A stretch of 46,733 nucleotides of DNA from a virus (taxonomy: Duplodnaviria > Heunggongvirae > Uroviricota > Caudoviricetes). Numbering within the stretch: position 1 is the stretch's first letter; each line of letters opens with the position of its first letter. Shown piece after piece: positions 18,126 through 28,524 of this stretch. Under the pieces are notes generated by a model. That model was not told where the DNA came from and did no database searches. It worked only from the letters and a program-made list of their open reading frames with translations. The stretch lies in IMG/VR virus record IMGVR_UViG_3300006139_000008. The stretch is one strand, 5' to 3'. The position numbers and the translations under genes were made by a program.

Positions 18126-19673
18126 ATCGAAGAAAATACAAATAGCAACAGAGCAATAAAAGAACAGTTTCAAGAAGATAAAAATAATGTAAGCGATTTC
18201 TTAGATAAAAAGTCACCGTCTTTTTCTTTTGCCGCTCTAAAACGTTTATGTCTCAGTGAACTTAGTTATAGAGGTGCTTTTGATAGATATGGTAGGTTAT
18301 GTGGTTTTACCAGAGATCAAATCCTAAGAATGGCTCAGTATCCAGAACAATATGGTAAAGGTGTGATACGGCTTTCACAATATATGTATCTTAAAAGTGG
18401 ATATTATAAAAGGCTTATAGATTATTTCACCGATATGGCAGTTATAAACTGGACTGTTGACTTAACACTGAAGAATACAAAAAACAATGAGAAAACCATT
18501 CAATCAAATTATTATAAGTATGTGGATCAAGTTAACAAATTCAAACTTGAGAATCGTATATCTGACATAATGAAAAAACTTTTTATCGAAGATATATGCT
18601 TTGGATTTGTTACAGAGACAGAAACAGATATTTCTATTTATTGGATTGATTCTAAATATTGTGAAATAAAAAGTATTGTAAATGGAAATGTGTATCAATA
18701 TGCAATTAATCGAAGTCTTTTGACTGATTCGTATTTTAATACTCTCCCGTTAGAATTACAAGAATTATTAGAAGAGTCGAAGAAAATATCTCCAAATAAT
18801 ATGGTTATGATTCCATATGAAAATTCACTGTGTTTAAAATACAACAATGACTTTATTTATCCATATCCAGCTCTGTTTCAAATCATAATTTCTATACTTG
18901 ACATTGATGACTATAAAGATTTGGCAAAAGCAAAAACTGAAGCTGACGCTTATAAATTAGTATGTCTCGAAATACCAACTAACGAAGATGGTCAGATGTC
19001 TATGGGTGATGAAATCATTACGCCATTCACTGAAATGACTAAGAATGTTGTACCTACATCTTGGGGCGTTGTTCCAACGCCAATGAAAATGCAGTTATTA
19101 GAGTCAAAATCTACAGCATCAGATGATTCTAATAAAGTTGCTGACGCCGTTGAGAATTTTTATACAGAGTGTGGCATTTCTAAAGCCCTTATATCTTCTG
19201 CTTCTTCTGGATCAGAGTTAAAATACTCTATTAAAGTTGATTCATCTGACATTTATAGAATTTATCGAATGTTAGAATCTTGGGTTGATTTACAGATGAA
19301 ATTGCGTGGCCATGTTTATAAAACATATCAGTTTGAATACAGTATTCTTCCTACTACAGTTTTTGATATAAGTGATTACATAGATACACAGTTAAAGTTA
19401 GCACAAGTATCAGCACCCGTGAAAGGGCGTATGCTTGCTGCTAATGGTATAAATACCGCCAAACTTTTAGGTAATTCTGTTTTGGAAAATTCTATTCTAG
19501 GTGACGTTTTTGATAAATGGAAACCGCTGAATACCTCATATACGCAAAGCAGTAATAATTCTGATGTTACTAATAAAGGCGGAAGACCACAAAAGAGTGA
19601 GGACGATTTATCTGATAGCGGAACACAAACCAGAGAAGACGATGAAAACAATAAGGCAAATAGAGATGTTTAG
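18126..19673 (+). CDS. Portal protein (YonE-like); frame open from ATC 18126, 68 codons before the first ATG
   Basis: Directly follows terL; size fits a portal; C-terminal GGRP motif; AAGGCGGTGA SD 6 nt before ATC 18126. Confidence 0.8.
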   Translation: MEENTNSNRAIKEQFQEDKNNVSDFLDKKSPSFSFAALKRLCLSELSYRGAFDRYGRLCGFTRDQILRMAQYPEQYGKGVIRLSQYMYLKSGYYKRLIDYFTDMAVINWTVDLTLKNTKNNEKTIQSNYYKYVDQVNKFKLENRISDIMKKLFIEDICFGFVTETETDISIYWIDSKYCEIKSIVNGNVYQYAINRSLLTDSYFNTLPLELQELLEESKKISPNNMVMIPYENSLCLKYNNDFIYPYPALFQIIISILDIDDYKDLAKAKTEADAYKLVCLEIPTNEDGQMSMGDEIITPFTEMTKNVVPTSWGVVPTPMKMQLLESKSTASDDSNKVADAVENFYTECGISKALISSASSGSELKYSIKVDSSDIYRIYRMLESWVDLQMKLRGHVYKTYQFEYSILPTTVFDISDYIDTQLKLAQVSAPVKGRMLAANGINTAKLLGNSVLENSILGDVFDKWKPLNTSYTQSSNNSDVTNKGGRPQKSEDDLSDSGTQTREDDENNKANRDV

Positions 19674-19689
19674 GTAGGTGATTGAATAT

Positions 19690-19878
19690 ATGGGTGAAGT
19701 ATTGATTTTAGATCCGCAGAAAGCTGAACAATTACATCAATGCGGTTTCAAATACACAAAAAGAAATATTGACAATAAAGAAGTGTTCGTTTTTATACAA
19801 ACGAATGAATTGATGAAAGAACTTAACTCAAAATTTGAGCAAGGTTCTTTTATTTTGCAAAAAAATATTTGCTTTTGA
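19690..19878 (+). CDS. Small hypothetical protein (DUF5659-like)
   Basis: AGGTGA SD; resembles the small ORFs at 23083 and 24122. Confidence 0.6.
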   Translation: MGEVLILDPQKAEQLHQCGFKYTKRNIDNKEVFVFIQTNELMKELNSKFEQGSFILQKNICF

Positions 19879-19906
19879 TTTTTACAGGAAGGAGGAACCT
19901 AATAAA

Positions 19907-21409
19907 TTGAAATTTAATAAAAATCAGACACTAGGATTCACTTCAAAGTTATCTGAGTTTGAAATTGTCAATCAAGAATTTATCAGATGTAAATGTTATA
20001 TGCTTGCCACTGATGATAATGTAAATGGTTCTGATATTACGTTAGAAGCAGTTCAGAAAGCTATGGCAAGAGGTGAATTTTATAATAAACCTGTTGTTGC
20101 ACATTTGTATCGTGATCCAGAAGACAATAATAAATGGAGAGTTGGCGGACATGATTCTAAATGGATTATTACAAATACCTCATTTGACATTGTAAATGAA
20201 TGCATTCCCTTCGGGGTAATCCCAGAGTCATCTAACTTACAATTAGAGGAAGTACTCGAAGCTGATGGAGAAACCGTGAATACATATCTAACGTGTCAGA
20301 TTATCTTGTGGGTCGGCAGGTATAATATCATGGACGCAGCTTATAGTGATGATATTTACTTTAACCAGAGCTGTGAATTATCAGTTAACGAATATCATTG
20401 GAAAAACAATGATGTACTTGCCATAGATGATTTTACATTTAGTGCATTATGTTTACTTAATAAATCAGATGACAAATCAAAGAATATCCGTCCTTGTTTT
20501 CCATCTTGTAGAGTCGAAAAAATGAAGGTATTTTCTATTGATACAGATAAATTCAAACAGAACTTTGAACTAATGTTAGAAAAATTAAAACAGTATGAAT
20601 CAGATGGTACTACTACCACTGTTCAAAATAATGCAACAAATAATAATCCACATATGGAAGGAGAAAACAAAATGGATTTGACTAAGTTTACAACTCTTCT
20701 TTCAGACATTAAATGTGAAGGTAATGATTATATCAGGTATGAACTTTTATCAGCAGATGAAAATAAAATTTATGTGTTTGATAAAGAAGACGGGTACAAA
20801 CTCTACTCTGTGGAATATGTGATGTCTAATGATGATCCTGTCATCAATTGGAATACAAAGACCGAGGGTGATATTACTTTTGCGGAAAAATCTGAGGAAG
20901 TTTCACATCTAACTGCAATTTATAATGAAATCAATGATACTTTGAGTAAAGAGTATGCAGATGCTTATCAGGTAAAGTTAGATGAAAAAATTAAAGAAGT
21001 TTCAACCGAAATGGAATCTAAGTATACCGAATTACAAGAAAACTATAAAACCTTGCAAAATTCTTATTCAGTAGTAAAAGAAAAACTTGATAAGTTTGAA
21101 GCTATTGAAGCGGAAAAGGCAAAACAATCTCATATCGAAGCTGTTAAAGAAACTCTGGAACGATTTGAAAAGAAAATCGGTAAATCTCCAGAGTTTATTT
21201 ATTTTAAAGCAAAACTTGAAAATTATGAAGATGTCGATTTAGAAAAGCTCGACAGTGATCTCACAATGCTATGTGGTGATGTACTCATGAATTCTAATAC
21301 CAAAAAGACATTTTCATATAACCCAACTTCAACCAATGTAAATAAATATAGTACAGAAAATGAACTCACAAACAGATACGGACATTTGTTTGATGGTTTT
21401 GTAGATTAA
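19907..21409 (+). CDS. Prohead protease/scaffold protein (YonD-like), probable TTG start
   Basis: AAGGAGG SD before TTG 19907; protease-like N-terminal half (QSCEL...FSALCLL...PCF) plus coiled-coil C-terminal half. Confidence 0.75.
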   Translation: MKFNKNQTLGFTSKLSEFEIVNQEFIRCKCYMLATDDNVNGSDITLEAVQKAMARGEFYNKPVVAHLYRDPEDNNKWRVGGHDSKWIITNTSFDIVNECIPFGVIPESSNLQLEEVLEADGETVNTYLTCQIILWVGRYNIMDAAYSDDIYFNQSCELSVNEYHWKNNDVLAIDDFTFSALCLLNKSDDKSKNIRPCFPSCRVEKMKVFSIDTDKFKQNFELMLEKLKQYESDGTTTTVQNNATNNNPHMEGENKMDLTKFTTLLSDIKCEGNDYIRYELLSADENKIYVFDKEDGYKLYSVEYVMSNDDPVINWNTKTEGDITFAEKSEEVSHLTAIYNEINDTLSKEYADAYQVKLDEKIKEVSTEMESKYTELQENYKTLQNSYSVVKEKLDKFEAIEAEKAKQSHIEAVKETLERFEKKIGKSPEFIYFKAKLENYEDVDLEKLDSDLTMLCGDVLMNSNTKKTFSYNPTSTNVNKYSTENELTNRYGHLFDGFVD

Positions 21410-21423
21410 GGAGGATTTTAAAT

Positions 21424-21981
21424 ATGGCAAAACATGGTATTGCTGAATCAACAAAGTTACAGGGTTGCATGAATGTTAGTTTCGTAGCAACTGAAGATGT
21501 AGATAATGGTTCCATTGTTGCAAATGGTGGACTGGCTACTGGTTATACAGATGTGTATACCGCTTCTAAGCCAACAAAGACTGATAAAGTTTATATCGTT
21601 ATTCATCCTGTATATGGATATGATGAAAGACTTGCTGAAGAAAAGAATGAAGACAATTACACAAATGAAGCAGGTAGAATCTTTAGGACTTATGAACTGA
21701 AAACTGATAGAAAGTTTAAGGTTTCCAGTGACATGATTACACCTATTGATGAGTCTACCCCAGTGGCAGTCGGTCAGTATGTGGTTGCTGATGGTACATA
21801 TAAGATGTCTGCTGTTGCTACTGCCCCAACTGACGCAAAGTTCGTAGGTATTGTTGAAACTATTGAGGAAACTGGCTTCCCTTATTTTGGAAGTTCCAAA
21901 GGAGTACAGACTTCTGATATGGGTTATGTACTTGATACCAGAATCGTAAAAGTAAAGATTCGTGTAATCCAGAATGACTAA
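21424..21981 (+). CDS. Head decoration/cement protein (YonC-like)
   Basis: AAGGAGG SD; between scaffold and capsid genes; beta-rich, 185 aa. Confidence 0.6.
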   Translation: MAKHGIAESTKLQGCMNVSFVATEDVDNGSIVANGGLATGYTDVYTASKPTKTDKVYIVIHPVYGYDERLAEEKNEDNYTNEAGRIFRTYELKTDRKFKVSSDMITPIDESTPVAVGQYVVADGTYKMSAVATAPTDAKFVGIVETIEETGFPYFGSSKGVQTSDMGYVLDTRIVKVKIRVIQND

Positions 21982-22002
21982 TGAAAGGTAGGAAAATGTA
22001 AT

Positions 22003-23022
22003 ATGTATAGTAAAGAAGAGTTATTGCAGATGAGCACTCTTATTAGAGATGCTGCTACAAATAGAGTTGCTATGTTTTCAAATGAAAAAGCTGCTAAAAA
22101 CGCAGATGAAGCAATTAGAAAATTTCATAACGAAATTTTAGGTGGTGAATTAGATTGGCAGTCTTGGAGAAATAACAAGAATGCCATTTTTACTATCTGG
22201 GAAAATGTTCTAAAACCAGAACTTCCTGAAGCATGGAAGACATCACCTTTCTACAAGAAAATGTGTGAAGCGAAAAATGGTGCCATTGGTGATAAAAACG
22301 CATTTGCTGTTAGAGATAAATCATATCTTGCTGCTTCAAAATTTTCTGGTGGTACATGGGATGTTGAGTATCAGAAAGTTGGTCGTGCTAAAGATATTGC
22401 AATTGATACAGAATGGTCTTATGTAGCATGTTATGAGGAATTAGATAGATTTCTTAAAGGATATACTACAATTGTTGAAATGTTAAATGAAGTACGTGAA
22501 GGGTTTGCAGTTGATATGGATAACCGTATTGCTACAGTATTCAATGGTTTGGGTGCTTATCTCCCTTCTAAATTTGTACAGCAGGGAACTTATGATAAGG
22601 ATACTCTAATTGATATGATTAGACGAGTTCGTACTGCTAACAGAAAGAATACTATCGTTGCTGGTTCTCAGAGAGCAGTTAATAAAATTGCCGAAGGCAC
22701 TAATGCAAACTGGATTTCTAATGCCGCAAAAGATGAATTGGCTACTAGCGGAGTAGTTGTAAAGAACACCGGAATTGGATGTGATGCAATTATTATTCCA
22801 GATTCTTTTGTTCCTTTTACGTATGAATTTGCTGGTGCCGATGATACACTTTATGTATTGCCTGATGAACAGATTATTAAAATCTTTTACGAAGGTGATG
22901 TACGTTCTAAAGAAGCTCATGAGGATGAAGAGCATGATCAGACAATTAGAATTCAATTCCAGCACAAAGTTGGCGTTGAGCTTATAACTTCTGATTTGTT
23001 CGGAAAATATACAATTGCCTAA
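22003..23022 (+). CDS. Major capsid protein (YonB-like)
   Basis: 339 aa, head-module position, followed by a terminator hairpin. Confidence 0.8.
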   Translation: MYSKEELLQMSTLIRDAATNRVAMFSNEKAAKNADEAIRKFHNEILGGELDWQSWRNNKNAIFTIWENVLKPELPEAWKTSPFYKKMCEAKNGAIGDKNAFAVRDKSYLAASKFSGGTWDVEYQKVGRAKDIAIDTEWSYVACYEELDRFLKGYTTIVEMLNEVREGFAVDMDNRIATVFNGLGAYLPSKFVQQGTYDKDTLIDMIRRVRTANRKNTIVAGSQRAVNKIAEGTNANWISNAAKDELATSGVVVKNTGIGCDAIIIPDSFVPFTYEFAGADDTLYVLPDEQIIKIFYEGDVRSKEAHEDEEHDQTIRIQFQHKVGVELITSDLFGKYTIA

Positions 23023-23035
23023 ATATATATTTTTT

Positions 23036-23066
23036 GAAGTGGTGGTTCAATGCTACCACTTCTTTT
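23036..23066 (+). terminator. Terminator after major capsid gene
   Basis: GAAGTGGTGG-TTCAATG-CTACCACTTC-TTTT. Confidence 0.75.
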
Positions 23067-23082
23067 ATTAAGGAAATCAAAT

Positions 23083-23283
23083 ATGGGAAATGGTAAATAT
23101 TTTTATTGTTATTCTTATAAATTAATGCATTTCTTGAAATCTTATGGATTCTGGTATTTGTCAAAAGGAATAAATAGAAAAAGTAAGTCTACTTACTACC
23201 TATTTGAGAAGTCTAATGACTTAGATAATGCAATTGTTATATGGAATACAATAAAATTCAAGTTAAAGGAGAACCAAAAATGA
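23083..23283 (+). CDS. Small hypothetical protein (DUF5659-like)
   Basis: AAGGA SD before ATG 23083; YCYSYKLMHFLKSYGF...YYLFEKS pattern. Confidence 0.65.
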   Translation: MGNGKYFYCYSYKLMHFLKSYGFWYLSKGINRKSKSTYYLFEKSNDLDNAIVIWNTIKFKLKENQK

Positions 23284-24047
23284 ATTATAAAGAACTTTCT
23301 TTAGATGAGTTAAAGAAAATTGCAAAAGAACGAGGAATTTCCATCGGGAATAGTGGTCAGGAAAAGATTATAGAAAAACTTGAAAAATATGATTCCGAAA
23401 ACACTACTGCATCATTAATTGACGGATCAGATATTAAAGAGGATATTTCTGAGGATACAGTTATTACAGATAAAGCAGAGGATGTTGAAAATCCAAAAAC
23501 AGATGACGACAAAAAAGAAAATGTAATTGGAGCAATCAATGACATTGTTACTGATTTAGAAGACTTTGAAGAGTCGGATGAAAAAGACGATACGATTGAT
23601 GACATTGGTATGGATGAAGAAGTACCATGTATGAGTATTACCTTTGGTGGATTAGTTTATACCTCTCCTATTACTGGCGCAACATATAAGTGGCATAAGA
23701 TTGGTGACGTAGAGTACCTTACTGTAAAAGAATTAATCTCTATGAATAACTCTAAGCCAGTATTCTTAAATAGACCTTGGATTATTTTACAGGATATTCG
23801 TGCAGTCAATAAATTCAGGCTTATGTCTAAGTATGAAGAAGTTGCAAAAGTTAATCAATTAAAAAAGTTATTTGCAACAGGTGACACAAAACTTATCGAA
23901 GCTACTATTGAAAGCGCACTGAAATCAGGAATGCGTGAAGTAGTAATCTCCAAAGTACGAACTATGTATAATAATGGTGTTTTGAATAATACACATATCA
24001 TCCGATTACTTGAAGATAAATTACGATTTGAAATTGTATCCGAATAA
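23280..24047 (+). CDS. YonA-like protein with N-terminal Rho-N/HeH-like motif
   Basis: YKELSLDELKKIAKERGI...EKIIEKL; AAGGAG SD before ATG 23280. Confidence 0.6.
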   Translation: MNYKELSLDELKKIAKERGISIGNSGQEKIIEKLEKYDSENTTASLIDGSDIKEDISEDTVITDKAEDVENPKTDDDKKENVIGAINDIVTDLEDFEESDEKDDTIDDIGMDEEVPCMSITFGGLVYTSPITGATYKWHKIGDVEYLTVKELISMNNSKPVFLNRPWIILQDIRAVNKFRLMSKYEEVAKVNQLKKLFATGDTKLIEATIESALKSGMREVVISKVRTMYNNGVLNNTHIIRLLEDKLRFEIVSE

Positions 24048-24067
24048 TATAAAGGCAGGTGATGGAT

Positions 24068-24118
24068 ATGGCTAATACTACGTATAGGGAACTTGCTGAT
24101 TATATAGGGAGTGATTAA
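24068..24118 (+). pseudogene. Orphaned 5' end (16 codons) of the head-tail gene that resumes at 25761
   Basis: AGGTGA SD then MANTTYRELADYIGSD*, aligning to (L)KNTQYSDLADA at 25761. Confidence 0.55.
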
Positions 24119-24121
24119 AAT

Positions 24122-24310
24122 TTGATAGATAAAAAACTATTTGATTCTGAGTATTCAACTCAGTGGCGTGATGAAGTTGATTTTTTGAAAAGTAAAGGTA
24201 TTAACTATACTTTTGTAAAACGAAATAACAACATTTCTACATATAAGTATGAAAAGACAAGTGAGTTGTTTTTACAGCTCGCTTATTTTTATGCACAAAA
24301 GAAGAAATAG
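24122..24310 (+). CDS. Small hypothetical protein (DUF5659-like)
   Basis: TTG start with GGAGTGA SD; FLKSKGINYTF...YKYEKTSEL resembles the 23083 ORF. Confidence 0.6.
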   Translation: MIDKKLFDSEYSTQWRDEVDFLKSKGINYTFVKRNNNISTYKYEKTSELFLQLAYFYAQKKK

Positions 24311-24338
24311 AGTATAGAGATTAAAAGGAGTGATTATT

Positions 24339-25760
24339 ATGCCAAAAAGAAAAACACACGAAGAATATATTAATAATCTTATTCAAAATAATATTTCTTT
24401 ACGTCCAATTGAGCCTTATATAAACTCAGGAACGCCTATATTACATAAATGTTTAGATTGCGGGACAATTCGTAAGTACATTCCAAATGATATACTTAGA
24501 CGAAAACACTGTATTATATGTCAAGGTAGTGATGTAGTTGTAGAATATGGAATAAATTCTCTTTGGGATACAAACCCAGAAATTGCTGAAATGTTAGAAT
24601 ACAAGGAAACTGGAAAAATTTATTCGTATAAATCAACAAAAAAATTAAATTTTATTTGTCCTAATTGTAATTCATTAGTAAAAAATAAGCAAATTCAATA
24701 CGTTGTAAAGCATGGACTTCCTTGTCAAAAATGTTCAGATGGAATTAGTTACCCTATGAAATTTGTAACATGTATGTTTAATCAATTAAATGTAAATTAC
24801 GACACTGAAGTTGTATTTAATAATTGGACATTTGACTTTCATGGACGAGATTATAAACCTAGATATGATATAGTTTTCAACAAGTATATTGTGGAAGTTG
24901 ATGGTGCTATACATATAAAGAAACACTCAAAAAGTGCAATTCCGATTGAAGATATTAAATATATAGATTTCAATAAAGATCAACTGGCAAGCAAAAATGG
25001 GTACGAGATGATACGTATTGACTGTTATAACAGTAATCAGGACTATATATGTAATAACATACTAAATTCCAAATTAAATGATATTTTTGATTTATCAAAA
25101 ATTGATTGGTCAGAATGTCATAAATATGCAATATCATCTAAAGTAAAAGAAGTATGTGATTATTGGAATAAACTAGAAACTCCATCTGTAACACAAGTTT
25201 TTACTGATTTAAAAATGCCTAGGATTACTGTTCAAAGATGGTTAAAGCAAGGTTCTTTAATTGGGATGTGCGATTATAATGCCTATGAAGAAAGTGTTAA
25301 AAATAGTAGAAAATCAGAAACAAAAAGCAGACGAAAAGTAATATGTATGAATACAAATATAGTATACGACTCAATCAAAGATGCAAGTAAAAGTAACAAT
25401 ATTTCGGACAGTTGCATTATTGGTGCATGTTCTAAAAAAATCAAATATGCTGGCAAAAATAAAATAACTGGCGAAAAATTATCTTGGATGTATTATGATG
25501 AGTATTTAAAAGCATCAAAAGAAGAAATACAATCTAAACTTGATAATATTTATCATAGTTCGTGTAAAAAAGTTATTTGTTTAAATACCAAAGAAGTTTT
25601 CAATTCTCTAATTGATGCTATGAGAAAATATAATGTTAAAAGTGGTATGAGTAGAGCCTGTAGAAATCAAAAGCGGTTTTGCGGCAGACATCCAATTACA
25701 AGTGAGCCTTTACGCTGGATGTATTACGAAGATTACATTAGAGAAAAGAAGGTGGTATAA
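24339..25760 (+). CDS. Free-standing homing-endonuclease-like protein (Zn ribbons, Vsr/DUF559-like nuclease, two NUMOD1-like repeats)
   Basis: CxxC pairs; YDIV...IVEVDGAIH nuclease motif; two KVICxNT...F/YxS..xA...AC repeats. Confidence 0.75.
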   Translation: MPKRKTHEEYINNLIQNNISLRPIEPYINSGTPILHKCLDCGTIRKYIPNDILRRKHCIICQGSDVVVEYGINSLWDTNPEIAEMLEYKETGKIYSYKSTKKLNFICPNCNSLVKNKQIQYVVKHGLPCQKCSDGISYPMKFVTCMFNQLNVNYDTEVVFNNWTFDFHGRDYKPRYDIVFNKYIVEVDGAIHIKKHSKSAIPIEDIKYIDFNKDQLASKNGYEMIRIDCYNSNQDYICNNILNSKLNDIFDLSKIDWSECHKYAISSKVKEVCDYWNKLETPSVTQVFTDLKMPRITVQRWLKQGSLIGMCDYNAYEESVKNSRKSETKSRRKVICMNTNIVYDSIKDASKSNNISDSCIIGACSKKIKYAGKNKITGEKLSWMYYDEYLKASKEEIQSKLDNIYHSSCKKVICLNTKEVFNSLIDAMRKYNVKSGMSRACRNQKRFCGRHPITSEPLRWMYYEDYIREKKVV

Positions 25761-26213
25761 CTGAAAAATACACAATACTCAGATTTAGCGGATGCTTTTT
25801 TTAATAAAATTAGGGATTATAACTTTGCTTCAATGGATGAAAATATAGCTACTTCTATTGTACTCAGTTATATCCCCAAAGCATGTTTAATGTTTGAATC
25901 ATGCAATCAAAATCTCGAAGATCGGGATGATGAATTGCAGCAGTTTAATTTCGAGCTATCAAAAACAAACTTTGAAATTTTATGTAACTTTATGTTGATT
26001 TCATACCTAGATGCAGAGTATTTATGTACGACTCAGATGTTAAAATCACGTCTCTCGTCAGCCGATTTCAAAAGTCTCAATCTTCACTCACAACTTGCTA
26101 AAGTAATGGAACTCCGTACCATGCTTAAATCCGAAAATGACCAACTTGCAATCAATAAATCATACAAAAATTCCAAGTTGTTTGATTTAGTTACGAATAG
26201 GAAGAAGGTGTGA
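25761..26213 (+). CDS. Putative head-tail adaptor/connector; frame open from CTG 25761
   Basis: AAGGTGGT SD then CTG immediately after the endonuclease stop, 24 codons before ATG 25833; first gene of the neck module. Confidence 0.6.
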   Translation: MKNTQYSDLADAFFNKIRDYNFASMDENIATSIVLSYIPKACLMFESCNQNLEDRDDELQQFNFELSKTNFEILCNFMLISYLDAEYLCTTQMLKSRLSSADFKSLNLHSQLAKVMELRTMLKSENDQLAINKSYKNSKLFDLVTNRKKV

Positions 26214-26214
26214 T

Positions 26215-27249
26215 ATGAGCCTTCAACTTATGAAAGAACGTGTTAGGCACAGTGGTTCTACAGCACGAGAGGAAATGATAATTGACGGACAGAATCTTCT
26301 AAAAGAAGAATTGGAACATGATTCGTCCTACTCCCCCACTATGTATTTTTGGAATCCGGTTTTGGGATGTGATGATAGACCTGCTAAAGTTCGCATTTAT
26401 AAACGGAAATACAGTTCTTTGAATGGTAATTATCAGAATTTCCTAACCACATATGATAACCCAATAAAAATTGGAGAATATTTACATGATACAAAGGATG
26501 ATACATACTGGCTTATTTATAATTCTTTCAATGTCAATGATGTACATTATGAAGGAAAAATGATTCAGTGTAATTATCTTCTGCGTTGGCAGCTTGCAAA
26601 TGGGGAGATTATTGAGCGTTATTCAAATATAGTTTCTGCATCCAAGTACGATGTCGGAGAGACAGGTAATAGTACGCTTGTGCTGAGTTCTAATAACTAT
26701 ACTATTCTTATTGGGTATTGTGAGGAAGGTTTTGAACTGGAAGGCAAACGAGTATTTATTGATATGAAGCCAACAAAGCCTACTAAAGTTTTTAAAATTA
26801 CTCGTAGTGATGATGTTTTATACAACTCTGGCAATATGGGTTCCTTACTAAGTTTCATAGCAGATAAGGTTGAATTTAATCCAAATGCAGATAATCAGGA
26901 ATTGAGGATATGTGATTATAACAGTATCTCTCCTCTTCCACCCACTCCGCAGCCGCCCAATGAAACGACAGATTTAAGTTGTGTAATTTCTGGAAATACA
27001 AATTTAAAGAATGGATATAGACGTTCATACACAGTGGCATTTACTGATAAGGATGGTAATGCTGTTGATTGGAAAAATATAAAATATCAGTGGAATGTTA
27101 AATCAGATTTTGAAATAAAACAGACTATTACAGATAATAAAATAACTGTTTATGTCAATGACGAGAACCTTATTGGAGGTTCTTTTTTTGTTCAGATTAT
27201 TGTCGGTGAAACTGTTCTGTCAGAAATAAAAGTAAATATTGTTGAGTAA
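26215..27249 (+). CDS. Putative head-closure/neck protein with C-terminal Ig-like domain
   Basis: Neck-module position; Pro-rich linker (PLPPTPQPP) then a beta-sandwich-like tail. Confidence 0.55.
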   Translation: MSLQLMKERVRHSGSTAREEMIIDGQNLLKEELEHDSSYSPTMYFWNPVLGCDDRPAKVRIYKRKYSSLNGNYQNFLTTYDNPIKIGEYLHDTKDDTYWLIYNSFNVNDVHYEGKMIQCNYLLRWQLANGEIIERYSNIVSASKYDVGETGNSTLVLSSNNYTILIGYCEEGFELEGKRVFIDMKPTKPTKVFKITRSDDVLYNSGNMGSLLSFIADKVEFNPNADNQELRICDYNSISPLPPTPQPPNETTDLSCVISGNTNLKNGYRRSYTVAFTDKDGNAVDWKNIKYQWNVKSDFEIKQTITDNKITVYVNDENLIGGSFFVQIIVGETVLSEIKVNIVE

Positions 27250-27264
27250 TGGAGGTGAACATTT

Positions 27265-27756
27265 ATAGGTAAATCAAGAAGTTATGAAATTATTGAGTAT
27301 AGAAAACTCATAGAGAGACAAATATGTATGTCTCCAGAAATCATTAAATTGCTTGGTTGTGAAAACGAAGAATATCCAGAAGATATCATTCCATATAAAT
27401 ATTCATTCCCACATGAATACATACCTGGCACTCAGGACAAAACAAACAGATTTATTAACTATGAGATTAGCGCAAATATTGATCCAAGAAATAATACATT
27501 TAAGGATTTAACCATTTATTTTTTCGTTGTTTGTCATGAAGATATTATGCTATATGAAGAAAAGGCTAGAACTTATCTTTGGTATGATTTAGCGGCTTGT
27601 GAGTTAGATAATATTTTTTGTGAAAAAAATGTATTAGGTATAGGTAAAACAACTCTTGTAAGTAATGCTCCATATTGTCCACAGCAGAAATATAAAGGAA
27701 GGTTATTAAAGTTCGTAGTAAAAGATTTTAATAATGGATTGAAATATGGAAAATAG
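27265..27756 (+). CDS. Putative tail terminator/neck protein; apparent ATA start
   Basis: GGAGGTGA SD at 27251-27258; in-frame ATA 27265 is 21 codons before ATG 27328. Confidence 0.55.
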   Translation: MGKSRSYEIIEYRKLIERQICMSPEIIKLLGCENEEYPEDIIPYKYSFPHEYIPGTQDKTNRFINYEISANIDPRNNTFKDLTIYFFVVCHEDIMLYEEKARTYLWYDLAACELDNIFCEKNVLGIGKTTLVSNAPYCPQQKYKGRLLKFVVKDFNNGLKYGK

Positions 27757-28459
27757 AAAAAGTTTCTTAAATTTGTCTTCTGTTAATATTCCAGACACTA
27801 ATCTTTCTATACGTATTCCTACTGTTGGAGAAATCTTAGAAGACGAATTTACTTATTATAATATTGTGTCGTCTCTCACTGCCAGCCCTTTTCAATATAT
27901 GGTGCAATTAGATGATATGGGGATTGATTTTACAACAATAACAGACTACGATCTATTCAAAATGCTGTTTCTTGTATATACAAAATCTGATTTATCTATA
28001 TTATTTGGGAATTTAGATGTATCTGATTTTGGTATATATGAAGAAAATAATAATTCATATATATATAGTCCAAACAACCATATAGAAATTAATGAAAAAG
28101 TATATAATGATTTGGTCGGGGTTATAAGAAAAATAAATTTATTTGAAAAGATTAAATATAAACCTGGTAATGAATCTGCAAAAAAATATCTTTTAGAAAA
28201 AGAACGAAAGAAACAAAAAATAAATGCAAGAAAGAAACATGAGTCACATTTAGAAAAACTTGTTATATCTTTAGTAAATACATGTGAATTCCCTTATGAT
28301 TATGATTCATGCATGAATTTATCTATCTATCGGTTCAATCAAAGCTTGAAACAGATTCAGCATAAAATTGCTTTTAACAACATGATGATTGGTGCATATG
28401 CAGGGACAGTTGATACAACAAAAATAAATAAAGATTGTCTCACATGGATTAAACAATAA
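27746..28459 (+). CDS. Hypothetical tail-module protein
   Basis: Overlaps previous stop; immediately upstream of the tail tube gene. Confidence 0.55.
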   Translation: MENRKSFLNLSSVNIPDTNLSIRIPTVGEILEDEFTYYNIVSSLTASPFQYMVQLDDMGIDFTTITDYDLFKMLFLVYTKSDLSILFGNLDVSDFGIYEENNNSYIYSPNNHIEINEKVYNDLVGVIRKINLFEKIKYKPGNESAKKYLLEKERKKQKINARKKHESHLEKLVISLVNTCEFPYDYDSCMNLSIYRFNQSLKQIQHKIAFNNMMIGAYAGTVDTTKINKDCLTWIKQ

Positions 28460-28524
28460 CAAAAAATGAAAAAGACTATGTTGGTCTTTTTATTAAAAAA
28501 TATAAAATTTCAGGAGGATACGTA

